Below, piece by piece: positions 44,801 through 53,940 of a DNA stretch of 64,000 nt. Positions within the stretch are counted from its first letter, which is position 1. Each line of letters begins with the position of its first letter. The notes below the pieces were generated by a model, which saw only the letters and a list, made by a program, of their open reading frames with translations, made no database searches and had not been told where the DNA came from. A program made the translations under genes and the position numbers. This DNA comes from an uncultured virus (IMG/VR IMGVR_UViG_3300037418_000253) (lineage: Duplodnaviria; Heunggongvirae; Uroviricota; Caudoviricetes), in IMG/VR virus record IMGVR_UViG_3300037418_000253. One strand, 5' to 3'.

Positions 44801-45035
44801 CCTCATTTGCACGGGCCTTGAGAAGACCTGCGGTGGGGCGAAGCGGCTCAGTGATAGACTCAATAGGAAAGACCTCTAGGTCGTAGCCATACGTTTCCTC
44901 ATCGTGCCCGTAATTATCCACAGTCTGAATGGGTGTGTACCTATTATGGTTCCACTCAGCAATTACTCGTGGCTTCGAGCGCAGGACAGAAGCCTGCTGG
45001 AGGGCGTTCTGGAACTGGGTGCTTGAATTAAGCAT
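41838..45035 (-). CDS. minor tail (hub/baseplate-like) protein
   Basis: 1065 aa, two genes after the tape measure; GNPLLQVGDIV C-terminal motif. Confidence 0.75.
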   Translation of the reverse strand: MLNSSTQFQNALQQASVLRSKPRVIAEWNHNRYTPIQTVDNYGHDEETYGYDLEVFPIESITEPLRPTAGLLKARANEGGVVQGHGDSIRGYRTYTASPGAKYKYWTSPAQATDQPYSGGGFVLPETVQPYVLYSQPALTNKLYICLENSWADPKIWDIQITTDGTNWTTVSSNPVPNSSGQVVLYRQENGTWTTTVNRGTAVYIRGIRLVVKSMARLHSWFNLIELGARLEQDLSDRLIDYSVKHEMGDSDLVTPIGVASSNTGSITLSNIDGIFNYDNVASPYHGLIDANVKFMLDIGIDVSTFGGIGYEYIRQATMFSEAWGGGEETVQIGLKDATKFLQEITPLPELMEDVSIGMAIWRILDSVGFIDYSYSIAAESATNRIAYYWTNGEQTVWDQIQDLCRTTQSAAWFDEYGILQIKTRDSAFDKSKPVAWTFDYAQNGTKQPDIIDVTVSDSFEANKVNVKYTTTKLAEDSQGRPISEIVWQPEGDVVLRSTSLAADMTSTDMRFWIDTKDVAVWPYEGMVNIRGELIKYKGKGYRYYPKEGSYTGNFENDTVFKIIYSQDEKNQIDRELSSEFHGWKNYFTGFMQVEERGYDVTIPQAHDVVPDIWKHNGAYIGRHGGTQKLWNGGIKHIPSDSVMRLSTAGKKGLDSSWWYTARRGMVDNEPPRYIGTRLKFPSGQGNKHYIAGIWLWGDGGSNDMYGVEITTTKEASKLRSTKNEISIVRRKGNGEFKHLTKGAAFAVSENQWFDLDVSMVNGDWTVLVNGVLAITFDDKSTLLPQTGRCGLYTRGYTTVDFEYFYSLADGGIQDTDLDNSSFLDIIRGGYFSSQYWKDCVYKTRWHKKRRGKRVYYEKEWYDQRYFDEFGQTVHEVRPYEVTFEKSPVLYSSLYLSNSDQVVCDEYFNDPFKAKFILANADLGNAIVNGEDTTTYGADNPVDQKMVITGRTVQRAEPKDYTVKNEQAIRARGEISLDFQSDWIQSESAAKALGDWIVENWSQPCDEVEITVHGNPLLQVGDIVAVNYPPKNLSASTHKYWVLAVEQQWDDGPATSVSLRRARIS

Positions 45036-45436
45036 CAGACCTCTTCCAGGGAAATGGAAATCTCCCAGAAGTCAACGGACCCACGCTTCATGACATTCTT
45101 GGAGAAGTCAGCAAACATGACGGTGTAGGTGTAAACCTCGCCGTCACCATCTGTGATTTCAAGAGAGAACGGGCCAGGAACGGTGTTATAGAAGCTCTCA
45201 ATATCCTCGCCGCCCCAAAAACCATCGACGGTCTGGGACGTCAGCTTGGGCAGCATGTTCCACTGCACGCCAAAGGTGCGCTTATCCGCGACGATGTACT
45301 TGCGCATGGTTCCATTTGCCATGCGCTGCTTCTTTTCGATACGCTCAACGTCCACGTTAAGCTGTCCGCGATTGTGGTCGGTGATGGCGTTACCGTTCCA
45401 ACGCATCAATCGCGGACGTGGAAATGACATGCTCAA
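45035..45436 (-). CDS. minor (distal) tail protein
   Basis: Directly follows the tape measure; RMANGT motif. Confidence 0.7.
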   Translation of the reverse strand: MSMSFPRPRLMRWNGNAITDHNRGQLNVDVERIEKKQRMANGTMRKYIVADKRTFGVQWNMLPKLTSQTVDGFWGGEDIESFYNTVPGPFSLEITDGDGEVYTYTVMFADFSKNVMKRGSVDFWEISISLEEV

Positions 45437-48400
45437 TTGCTAATGCTCCTCTTTCGCCCGAGCCTGCTCTCACGCTTCTGAATGGCGCGAGTAACAGCCT
45501 TCTCTACATCAATTTCAGAATTGACTGGTCCTGTAAATGTCACATTTACATTATACTCATTGGTAGAGCCCTGGTCAATTTTCTGAATGCCGGACTTAAG
45601 CTGCTCGGTAAGTGGAGCGGTTAGAACAGCCTCGTTCTTGTGGAGCATTGCTAGACCATCGTTCATCGTGAATCCCCCGGTATTAAGACCTGGAATTCCG
45701 AACTTACCAGGTGGAATGTCTACTCCACCACGCCACGTTTCAAAGTGGAGGTGCGGACCAGTTGAGTTACCGGTGTTACCCGAGTATCCGATTAGCTGCC
45801 CCGGACGAACGTTAGAGCCAGCCGCGATGTTTCGCGAAGAAAGGTGAGCGTACAGAGTCCTGTCGGCTCCATTCTGAATAACGATGTACCTACCGTAAGA
45901 ACGATATCCACCATTGCCAGGACCGCCGTGAAGGTCGGTAGAGGTAACAACCTGTCCACCTGTAGCTGCGTGAACGGGGGTTCCTACTGGAACTCCGAAG
46001 TCAGTAGCCCTTGGCAGGTTGGAGTGGTGGTACCAGTCACGCGAAACCGGGCCGGAAACTGGTCGTGCCTTTCCGCCAGTCGCAGCAACATTTCCGCCAC
46101 CCTGGAATACGGTGCCAGTAACAATTGCACGAGCCATGTCCTCCCACTTAGCGTAGGCGTATGGGAATCCCGAACGCTGTACAGCCTGGGCGACAAGGGT
46201 CGGGGCCATCTTTTCACGACCCTTGACCTTTAGCTCCTGCTGGAAGAACTTCTTGGCCGCATACGATGGAGTCCTAATCTGCTCTGGAGTACCCCAGCCC
46301 ATTGATGGACGCTGCTGGAATAGACCCAGCGAGTCGCGGTCACCGTAGTCTAGGTTGCGAAGTCCAGACTCCTGCATAGCGGTCATGATACCGATGATAA
46401 GGTCTCTGGTAGTACCACCCATTGACTTACCAACGCTCATAATCGTCGCAGCGTTTGCAAGCTGTTCTCCGGAAAGCATAATCTTTCCGTACATACCCGC
46501 CGCGCCTGGAATTGCCATCATGTCGGCAGCCATTGCAGATGCCTGAGCACCCTTGGTGTCAATCGCAGTCTGAATAGCCTTGCTGGACATTCCAGAGAGA
46601 GCCGCCGCAAAGGCACCCACAAATCCTAGACCGCGACCACCAATACCTCCGGTACCCTTTCCAGGCAGTGAGCCAGTCTTGTTTAGCGAGTCGAGAGCGT
46701 CGGTACCGAGAGCCTTGTGAGCCTTGCCATTAACGACGAATTCGTCATTCTTAAGAAGCATCATGGACTCGTCTCGACGCAGACCAGCACCCCAGTGACG
46801 ACCACCACGGTTGTCGTACTTTGAGTTACCGGACACCGGACCACCAGTGTGGCGGGTCTTTGGCTTGCTTGGGGCCTTGTAGTTCTTTGGCAGGTCGCCG
46901 GTCGTTACCCACTTCATAAACTCGGCGGTGGTCATATTGAATCCACCATCAACCATATCCTGGGTTACGGCACTACCAATAGACTTCCACTTGATATCGT
47001 TCTGGAGAGAAATCGCAGACGCCTTAACATTGGCAGACAGGTTGTCACCAATATACTTGGTCCAGTCCTGACCGTATCCCTCAAGGCGCACGCCGTACTT
47101 CTTGTAAGCATCCTCGATATCCCTAATCTGCTTATCGTACTCCTTCTTGTTGCGAGGAGTAGATGCACGGATAGCCGCCAATTCCATATCAAGCGTCCTC
47201 TTCTGACGCTCTAGGTCACGACGCTTTGCGTCAGCATCCGCCTGAGTCTGCTTGCGGATGGCTTCCTTCTGGGCCTCAATTCCCTTACGGTAACGCTCAC
47301 GCTCGGCTGCAAGGGCCTTCATGTAGCGGTCCTTCTCGGCCGCTAGAGCCTCCTTCTCGCGCTCCTTCTTGTCCTCAAGAGCCTTCTTCTCGGCCTCTTC
47401 TACCTTCTGGAGAGCTTCGATACGCTTATCGCGGGCACCCTCCAACGTGGTAATATTGCCATTCATCGTATCGATGCGCTGCTGAGAAGCGTCCTGAGAC
47501 TCACCCGCAGCATCATCAAGCGTCCAGGAATCCTGGGTTGACTGAATGTCATTGAATACCTTCGCAGCCTCATCAAGATTACCTGTATTCAGGGCCATAT
47601 TGAAGTCGATACGCTTGTTGGCGATATCGGCCATGCGCTCTAGACGGGTCTTCTCAGCCTCGAAAATCTTCTGGCGAGTAGCCTCCGCGTCCTCCTCAGC
47701 CTTGATGGCCTTCTTGATGTTGTCAATCTTCTTGTCGTAGGCAGCCTTTTCCTTCTCGATGCGCCTGTCCCAGCGAGCATCGAAACGGTCCATAATGCCG
47801 TCCCACTTCTTGTCCAGGTTCTTTTCACGCTTATCGAATCTGTTGTCGGCAGCTTCCTGGCGATTATCGAAGCTCTTGTCCATTCGCTCGGAACGCTTGT
47901 CCAGGGCATCGCTCAAACGCTCGCCACGGTCCTCAATTGCCTTGACCTCCGAATCTGCCTGCCTATTCCAAAGCTCATCGGCCTGCGAGAATGCGGCACT
48001 GCTGGCATTCGACATGGCGTCCTTGCGGGCGTTGTTGAATGTGTCCGCAGACATGGCGTTCTCGTCCAGGGCGTTGGCGTTATCCTTTAGCTTTCCGGTG
48101 TTCTTGTCAATAACATCACCGAAGCCCTGCTCTACAGAGGTCGCGTCCGCCAAACCGGCCTTGGCACGGTAAATATTTAGGAGCTTTAGCTGCTGGGCTG
48201 CTGCCGACTTCGGCGAAATCTTCTGCCACTGTAGTTCTCGCTGAGCCACAGCCTGACCGTATGCATTCTGAGCGTCCTTAGCGCTCATCAGGGCCATGTC
48301 GAGCTGAGGCATAAGGTCGTTAAGGGTATAGATATTCTTAAGTTCCTCCTTTGTGGCACCGTTTTTGACAGCAATCGCCTGGGCAAGCTCATACTCAGCA

Positions 48401-51400
48401 CCTGCCTGCTTTCCGACCATCATGGAAGTGTCTCCACCAAGGTCGTTGAGCTGCATCTTGAGCTGGTTAGACTTACCCATGTCGCCTGAGAAATACTTCT
48501 TATGGAAGTCTTCCTCGCTTAGGTTCTTATTGTCGAGGTAAGCCTTCTGTAGTTCTTCGGCAGTGGTGATTCCATACTTAGCCAGGTTCTTCTTATTCTC
48601 CTCGCCAAGTGAGTCCCACATTTCCTTCTGCTGCTTCTGGACGGCACCCTGGAGTCCCAGGAAGATGTTCCGCTTCTGCTGCTGGTTGGTGGTGGCATCG
48701 AATGTGTCCCAGAACTGCTTAGCCATACCCTTTGCAGCCTCGGCAGACTTGTTGTTAATCTCGTCTCGACCGGAGAATAGGCGCACAGCGCCTTCCCACT
48801 TACCCTGACCAAGCTGGTTGGTTGCAATCTTGTGGAACTTATCTGTAAATGCCTTGGCCTGCTCCTTAAGTGTTTCGTCATCGGTGTCGAACTTAATTCT
48901 TCCCTTGATGTCGATAAGGATTTCATTAATCTCGTTGGTCTTGAATCCGGCGGCTCGAAGCGCGGTGGCAACGGCATTCTTGGCCTCTGACGCCGTACCA
49001 CCGTGAGTCTTAACCTTGACACCCTCGTAAATGGACGCATTGATTGCCTCCTGCCTGTGACCGGCATCCTTTAGGCTACGTAGGTAGTCAGCAGTATCCT
49101 TGTTTGCCTCACGGAACTTTGAGGCCATGGCGTCATAATTGTTAACGGTCTTGCCGGAAACCGTCTCGATATTCGATGCCTCTTCGTAAACGAATCCAAG
49201 GACATCCGCCCAGCTCTTAGCCGAGTTCTCGATGTTCTTCTGGGCCTCGGTCATGCGGTTCATTTCGCCAACCATCTTGGAAATTACAATACCAACGGTT
49301 GCGATTACACCAACAATACCAGCGAATCGAAGGAAGGTGGCTAGAAGCGCTCGGGCCGGGCCAATGGCCGCAGAAAGTCCAGAGGCAATCTGACCAACGC
49401 CTCCACGACCGGCGATACTACCCGCACGACGACCTGTAGCGAATGCGGAAGTAACATCGGCTAGAGCACCGGCCGCCGCTGCCTTCTTAAATCCGGCAAC
49501 CAGCATAGGGCCAATGGTGGCAGCAATAAGCGCCATATTTGTCATGGTCATAAGCATTCCGGAAGCATGACCAGAAGCCGTTGCCATCATTCCACCCATA
49601 AGCGCAATACCACCAACGGCGGAAGCAATTCCGGTAAAGCTACGACGAGTAGCCGCCGCGTTCTGTGCCTGCTGCTGGGTAGAGCGAGCGGCTGCGGCCT
49701 GCGCGGCTGCATAAGCCTGTGCCTCGGCTGCGCTTACAAAACGGCCAGTCGCGACATTCTGATAGCGCCCGTTTGCAGTCTGACGATATCCCGGCCCTGT
49801 CGGAACGGCAGGACCAATACCACCAATATTCGTACCGTAGTTGGGGGTCGTATTCCTGTATCCGCTAATTCCGGTTCCGTTGGCCTGTGCCTGCGCAACA
49901 GCCATACGCTCAAGATTTGTGGTAAGCACCTGGAGCTGTCCAGAAAGAGCCTGCGCCGCGTGAGCCTGGTTTGTCCAGGCGAGAGAGCTACGCTCGCTCA
50001 TCATCTGCTGGGCCCGCTGCTCTGCGGTCATAATTCGGGTACGAGACAGTAGCCCACCCATGGCCACGCCCACCTTCATCAGGTGACCGAACATGTTGGC
50101 GATAAGACCGCCAATCATAATGAGTGGACCAGCAATAGCACCGAATAGCATAATGGCAGCAATGGTCCTCTTGGCCCCACCGCCCAGGCTATTGAACGCG
50201 CTAACGACCTTACTAATCCAGCCGAGAACGGTTGAACCAATCTCAAGGAACGGCTTACCGGCTTCTGCGAGGCTGGCCTTGATGGTCTCTAGGGCACGCT
50301 TGAACTTACCGGAAGCGGACGCCTGAATACGGGCCATCTCGGATGTGGCTGTTGCGCCCCACTGCTCGGCGTTCTGGTGAGCTACCTTGTATGCACGACC
50401 AACCTGGGTGGTCTCCTTGTGAATGTCCTCTAGACCAGAAAGAACCTTACCGATACGGTCCATCTGCATGGTGCCGAAGAGAGAGCCGATAAGCTGCATT
50501 CTCTTGGTCGGGTCGTCATCAAACTTCCTTAGGGCGTCAGAGATTGCGTATAGCATCTTCATGAAATCGCCGCCGGAATTCTTAACAATCTTAGTGATGC
50601 TAATGCCAGCATCCGCCCACTTCTGGACGACGTTATCGCCAGGGTTCAGAACTCGGTTGACAGCAGACTTTAGGGCGTTAGCTCCCTGCGCCGCGTCAAC
50701 ACCACGCTCCTTCATGGCTGCCATAAGAACACCAGTATCCTGCAAGCTTACGTTCAGGGTGGCAAGAGAACCGGAGGCACGAGGAATCGTGTCAACCATA
50801 TCCTGCATAGATAGGTTGGTGGCGTTTTCGAGGGAGTTCATGAAGTTAAACGCATCGCCAAGCTGTTCAGTGTTGTACTTGTAGATAGACTGGAGAGCGA
50901 TAGATGCCTTTACAGTCTGCTGATAATCAAGCTCACCAAGGGTGGAAGCACGCATAACTTCCGCCGTACCAGTGGTTAGGTCACGACCCTGCTTACCGGC
51001 TGCGGCTAGCTCGGCCTCAACGCTCAGGGTGTCCTTCATGGCGACACCGTAACGCTTGGCTGCCTGTGCGGCCATATCCATTGATTCGGCACGGAGCCTA
51101 TCTAGCTCTGACTGCTTACCCGCCGCGTCCTTAGCGGTGGTGTCATAAACCTTAGTGATACGAGTAAGCTGCTTGTCTACCTGATAGGCAGCGGCACCAG
51201 CCGCGACACCAAAGGCCATGAATGGCACGGTGAAACCAACCATAAGCTGACGACCGGCCCACTGTACATTCTTACCCCAGTTAATCATCATGTGGGAGCT
51301 GGATGCGAGCGTGGCGGTTGTTAGGGCAATACGAGTAGACATAACCCGCGCCGCTTCACCAAATTCGGCGGTTCGGAACTTGAGCGGGTTAAGCGCCCTT

Positions 51401-51840
51401 AGGTTGGTGCTAAAAGACCTCGTGAGAGCGTCCACATTACTAGTTACGCCACGAGGTACAATCATATCCGCGCGGGTCTGACCCATCGCGTTCTGAGACC
51501 ACTGCACGGTGGTCGCCTTCTGCAAGGCAAGCTGCTCCCGCAAGATATCGTTAAACATCTTGCGGGACTTATAGGCACGAACAATAGAAACTTCATTCTT
51601 GGTCAGTGCTTCGGTCATTGCCGCAGTTGCGGACACGTTCTTAACGGCCTCAACGTGGTAATCGTTAAGACCTTGTACCGCCGTACGGAAAGCTGTACGA
51701 GTATCGTTCAACTTACCTGGCGTTAGACCCTGTGCCAACTGTCGCTGCATAAGCGCGAGCTGCTGGTTGAGGCGAGTTACTTCGGCAGAAACAGGTGCGA
51801 AGTTTGCCGAAGCACTAAACCGAATTTGAATGTTATCTAT
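45433..51840 (-). CDS. tape measure protein with lytic transglycosylase-like and M23 peptidase domains; probable ATA start at 51840 (first ATG at 51750)
   Basis: Over 2100 aa, Ala-rich, follows the chaperones; TAMQES..DSLGLFQQ; YAHL..STGPHLHFE. Confidence 0.92.
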   Translation of the reverse strand: MDNIQIRFSASANFAPVSAEVTRLNQQLALMQRQLAQGLTPGKLNDTRTAFRTAVQGLNDYHVEAVKNVSATAAMTEALTKNEVSIVRAYKSRKMFNDILREQLALQKATTVQWSQNAMGQTRADMIVPRGVTSNVDALTRSFSTNLRALNPLKFRTAEFGEAARVMSTRIALTTATLASSSHMMINWGKNVQWAGRQLMVGFTVPFMAFGVAAGAAAYQVDKQLTRITKVYDTTAKDAAGKQSELDRLRAESMDMAAQAAKRYGVAMKDTLSVEAELAAAGKQGRDLTTGTAEVMRASTLGELDYQQTVKASIALQSIYKYNTEQLGDAFNFMNSLENATNLSMQDMVDTIPRASGSLATLNVSLQDTGVLMAAMKERGVDAAQGANALKSAVNRVLNPGDNVVQKWADAGISITKIVKNSGGDFMKMLYAISDALRKFDDDPTKRMQLIGSLFGTMQMDRIGKVLSGLEDIHKETTQVGRAYKVAHQNAEQWGATATSEMARIQASASGKFKRALETIKASLAEAGKPFLEIGSTVLGWISKVVSAFNSLGGGAKRTIAAIMLFGAIAGPLIMIGGLIANMFGHLMKVGVAMGGLLSRTRIMTAEQRAQQMMSERSSLAWTNQAHAAQALSGQLQVLTTNLERMAVAQAQANGTGISGYRNTTPNYGTNIGGIGPAVPTGPGYRQTANGRYQNVATGRFVSAAEAQAYAAAQAAAARSTQQQAQNAAATRRSFTGIASAVGGIALMGGMMATASGHASGMLMTMTNMALIAATIGPMLVAGFKKAAAAGALADVTSAFATGRRAGSIAGRGGVGQIASGLSAAIGPARALLATFLRFAGIVGVIATVGIVISKMVGEMNRMTEAQKNIENSAKSWADVLGFVYEEASNIETVSGKTVNNYDAMASKFREANKDTADYLRSLKDAGHRQEAINASIYEGVKVKTHGGTASEAKNAVATALRAAGFKTNEINEILIDIKGRIKFDTDDETLKEQAKAFTDKFHKIATNQLGQGKWEGAVRLFSGRDEINNKSAEAAKGMAKQFWDTFDATTNQQQKRNIFLGLQGAVQKQQKEMWDSLGEENKKNLAKYGITTAEELQKAYLDNKNLSEEDFHKKYFSGDMGKSNQLKMQLNDLGGDTSMMVGKQAGAEYELAQAIAVKNGATKEELKNIYTLNDLMPQLDMALMSAKDAQNAYGQAVAQRELQWQKISPKSAAAQQLKLLNIYRAKAGLADATSVEQGFGDVIDKNTGKLKDNANALDENAMSADTFNNARKDAMSNASSAAFSQADELWNRQADSEVKAIEDRGERLSDALDKRSERMDKSFDNRQEAADNRFDKREKNLDKKWDGIMDRFDARWDRRIEKEKAAYDKKIDNIKKAIKAEEDAEATRQKIFEAEKTRLERMADIANKRIDFNMALNTGNLDEAAKVFNDIQSTQDSWTLDDAAGESQDASQQRIDTMNGNITTLEGARDKRIEALQKVEEAEKKALEDKKEREKEALAAEKDRYMKALAAERERYRKGIEAQKEAIRKQTQADADAKRRDLERQKRTLDMELAAIRASTPRNKKEYDKQIRDIEDAYKKYGVRLEGYGQDWTKYIGDNLSANVKASAISLQNDIKWKSIGSAVTQDMVDGGFNMTTAEFMKWVTTGDLPKNYKAPSKPKTRHTGGPVSGNSKYDNRGGRHWGAGLRRDESMMLLKNDEFVVNGKAHKALGTDALDSLNKTGSLPGKGTGGIGGRGLGFVGAFAAALSGMSSKAIQTAIDTKGAQASAMAADMMAIPGAAGMYGKIMLSGEQLANAATIMSVGKSMGGTTRDLIIGIMTAMQESGLRNLDYGDRDSLGLFQQRPSMGWGTPEQIRTPSYAAKKFFQQELKVKGREKMAPTLVAQAVQRSGFPYAYAKWEDMARAIVTGTVFQGGGNVAATGGKARPVSGPVSRDWYHHSNLPRATDFGVPVGTPVHAATGGQVVTSTDLHGGPGNGGYRSYGRYIVIQNGADRTLYAHLSSRNIAAGSNVRPGQLIGYSGNTGNSTGPHLHFETWRGGVDIPPGKFGIPGLNTGGFTMNDGLAMLHKNEAVLTAPLTEQLKSGIQKIDQGSTNEYNVNVTFTGPVNSEIDVEKAVTRAIQKRESRLGRKRSISN

Positions 51841-51858
51841 TTTAGTCAGTCCCTATAT

Positions 51859-52212
51859 TTATTCTTCAATCACAGCGATTCCAATGTCCGCGAATGCAAG
51901 CTGGTCTTCTGAAATCCCGCGAGCCTTTGCTTCGGCCCTGCGCTTGATATCCTCGAACGATGGTGTATCGTCGGTTCCACTCTTTCCGGACTTGTCGTCC
52001 AGGTCAATGCCCTTCAGCGCGGCAGCGAATTTCTGCCTCTCGTATTCCTGGGCTCTAGATGCATCGAGAAGAACTTCGATTTCCTGAATACTTAGATTCT
52101 CTTCCAGTTCATCGAAATTCTTCCACATACCTAGGAGAAAAACCTCTGCCTCAAGTTTGGCGAGGTCTAGTTCTTCCCAAGTGCTTCCGCCGCCATCGCT
52201 AGAAGATTTGGG
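51859..52212 (-). CDS. tail assembly chaperone, -1 frameshift extension
   Basis: -1 frame is open from the CCCAAAT heptamer (52212-52206) to the stop at 51859. Confidence 0.75.
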   Translation of the reverse strand, partial: PKSSSDGGGSTWEELDLAKLEAEVFLLGMWKNFDELEENLSIQEIEVLLDASRAQEYERQKFAAALKGIDLDDKSGKSGTDDTPSFEDIKRRAEAKARGISEDQLAFADIGIAVIEE

Positions 52213-52517
52213 TCGTTCAGCTTAACGCCTCCACACACATCCAAAATCTTGTAGATGGTTGGCATATCTGCGGCATCCTCAAACGCCTCGGTAGCCGTTC
52301 CCTTTTCCGCGTCATAGAACTCGGGTCGCTGCTTAGCAAGACACAGAGCCGCCGCCGTTAGAAGAATCTCGAAGCCCTCCTCGTCATTCTCAGACTTGCC
52401 GAAGTTCTCCATAACCGTCATGAACTTACGCAGACCCTTGATGTTAAGTGGCCTCAGAGTTACCTTGGTGTCGTCCTGTAGCTGGACTTCCTCGGTAGTG
52501 TAAACCGTTGTTGCCAT
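52167..52517 (-). CDS. tail assembly chaperone
   Basis: Between major tail and tape measure; slippery site near the 3' end. Confidence 0.8.
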   Translation of the reverse strand: MATTVYTTEEVQLQDDTKVTLRPLNIKGLRKFMTVMENFGKSENDEEGFEILLTAAALCLAKQRPEFYDAEKGTATEAFEDAADMPTIYKILDVCGGVKLNDPNLLAMAAEALGKN

Positions 52518-52579
52518 TAAATTAAACCTTTCCTTCCAGTTGATTATATCTTACCATGAAAATGGGCAATCGCAAAATG

Positions 52580-52608
52580 AAAGACCCCAGCATTTCTGCT
52601 GGGGCTCT
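52580..52608 (-). terminator. intrinsic terminator after the major tail gene
   Basis: CCCCAGCAG-AAA-TGCTGGGG followed by TCTTT. Confidence 0.75.
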
Positions 52609-52629
52609 CATCAAGACTTTTTAGTTCGC

Positions 52630-53313
52630 TCAGACGTTACGGTCGCGAATTACGCCGTACTCTGCACCTGCGAACGCAGCGTTTGGGTCTGGTAGCAGAC
52701 GGAATGCTACTGGGAATACCGTGGCCTCGTTACGCTTTACGCTGTGGGCCGAAGCCTCAACGGAAAGAACACGACGGGCGTGGTAAATACGCTCGCGCTT
52801 TGCGCCATCTACAGCTCGTGGTCCAGGACCAACGGCTACCAACGCACGCTCAGTAGGCTCGTCTCCAAGCGCACCTGCGGCAATACCAAGAGTGTTATCC
52901 GAACCGCTAGACGTTAGGGTCGAGCCCTGCTGTCCCCACGCTACAAGAAGGTTCTCTAGGGAAGCCTCTGCAAGGGTCGTGTTGACGGTTACCTTCATCG
53001 ACTGCTTGAAAAGCTTAGCCGAGTCAAGGAGCTGGTCAACCTCGACCTCACCGTAGTCAGGCTCGTAAGAAACCTCAAGGCCCTCGGTAGTGAATCCCGC
53101 GTGACGGAAATCGGAGTCAGCGTCAAGCGCTGCTGATAGGCTACCGCTGGCTGCCTTGGCTAGCGAAGGACCAGACTGTCCAAGCACAACAGCTTCCTTA
53201 GTTGCCGTGGCTGGCGCTGATGCTGCCGCGAACCAACCCGCGTCGGTGCTGTCCTTCTCGGAAATGTAAAGTGCTGCCGCACCGACGATGATGTTACGTG
53301 TACTGTATGCCAT
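52630..53313 (-). CDS. major tail protein
   Basis: Strong SD GGAGGTGA, own promoter and terminator; GFTTEG..EVDQ motif. Confidence 0.8.
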   Translation of the reverse strand: MAYSTRNIIVGAAALYISEKDSTDAGWFAAASAPATATKEAVVLGQSGPSLAKAASGSLSAALDADSDFRHAGFTTEGLEVSYEPDYGEVEVDQLLDSAKLFKQSMKVTVNTTLAEASLENLLVAWGQQGSTLTSSGSDNTLGIAAGALGDEPTERALVAVGPGPRAVDGAKRERIYHARRVLSVEASAHSVKRNEATVFPVAFRLLPDPNAAFAGAEYGVIRDRNV

Positions 53314-53380
53314 TTTAATGTCACCTCCATTTAAGTTGAAAAGATATTGTGTGCTGGCTAGGCACTTCCTCTATATGAGT

Positions 53381-53409
53381 ATAATACCGTCGCCTAAATT
53401 CTAAAGCAA
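53381..53409 (-). promoter_or_regulatory. promoter for the major tail gene
   Basis: TTGCTT-N17-TATTAT. Confidence 0.55.
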
Positions 53410-53412
53410 ACT

Positions 53413-53940
53413 CTAAACCCTTAGGCCAGAGCTATCTGTCTTCATATCCATGGTATATTCGTAATTCACGACCACCATGGCTCCTGTACGGCCACCCTCG
53501 GTACTGAATTCATTAGGTCCAGAAGCGCTGGTAAGCTGTACGTACTTAAAATCGAATCGCTTGTCCGTGGTCTCTGATGCATTCACATCGCGGGCTGTCC
53601 AATCCATTCGCCTTAGCAGGTCAACCATGTATCCATGAATAGCCCGCAGTCTTTCCTCGTCATTGTCGTAAATGACATAGGCACACTGCTCACGGCATAG
53701 CCACCATTCAGAGGCGTATGACGAGACAATGTAGTTGTACACGAGAAAGGGAGCACCACCGGCAATATCAAGGAACTGGGGCTGCTGCTGGGTAGGGATG
53801 ATTGGGGTCAGGTTCTTCTGACCCGCTCCCGTACCGTAAGCTCCGAAAGCGATAACCCCGTCCTTGTGTTCGAAGTCATTTAGCTTTGACCATAGCCACT
53901 TGTTAATCTGGTGCGCACCCACTGTGCGATAATCAGTCAC
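53413..53940 (-). CDS. putative tail terminator/completion protein
   Basis: Directly upstream of the major tail gene. Confidence 0.55.
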   Translation of the reverse strand: MTDYRTVGAHQINKWLWSKLNDFEHKDGVIAFGAYGTGAGQKNLTPIIPTQQQPQFLDIAGGAPFLVYNYIVSSYASEWWLCREQCAYVIYDNDEERLRAIHGYMVDLLRRMDWTARDVNASETTDKRFDFKYVQLTSASGPNEFSTEGGRTGAMVVVNYEYTMDMKTDSSGLRV

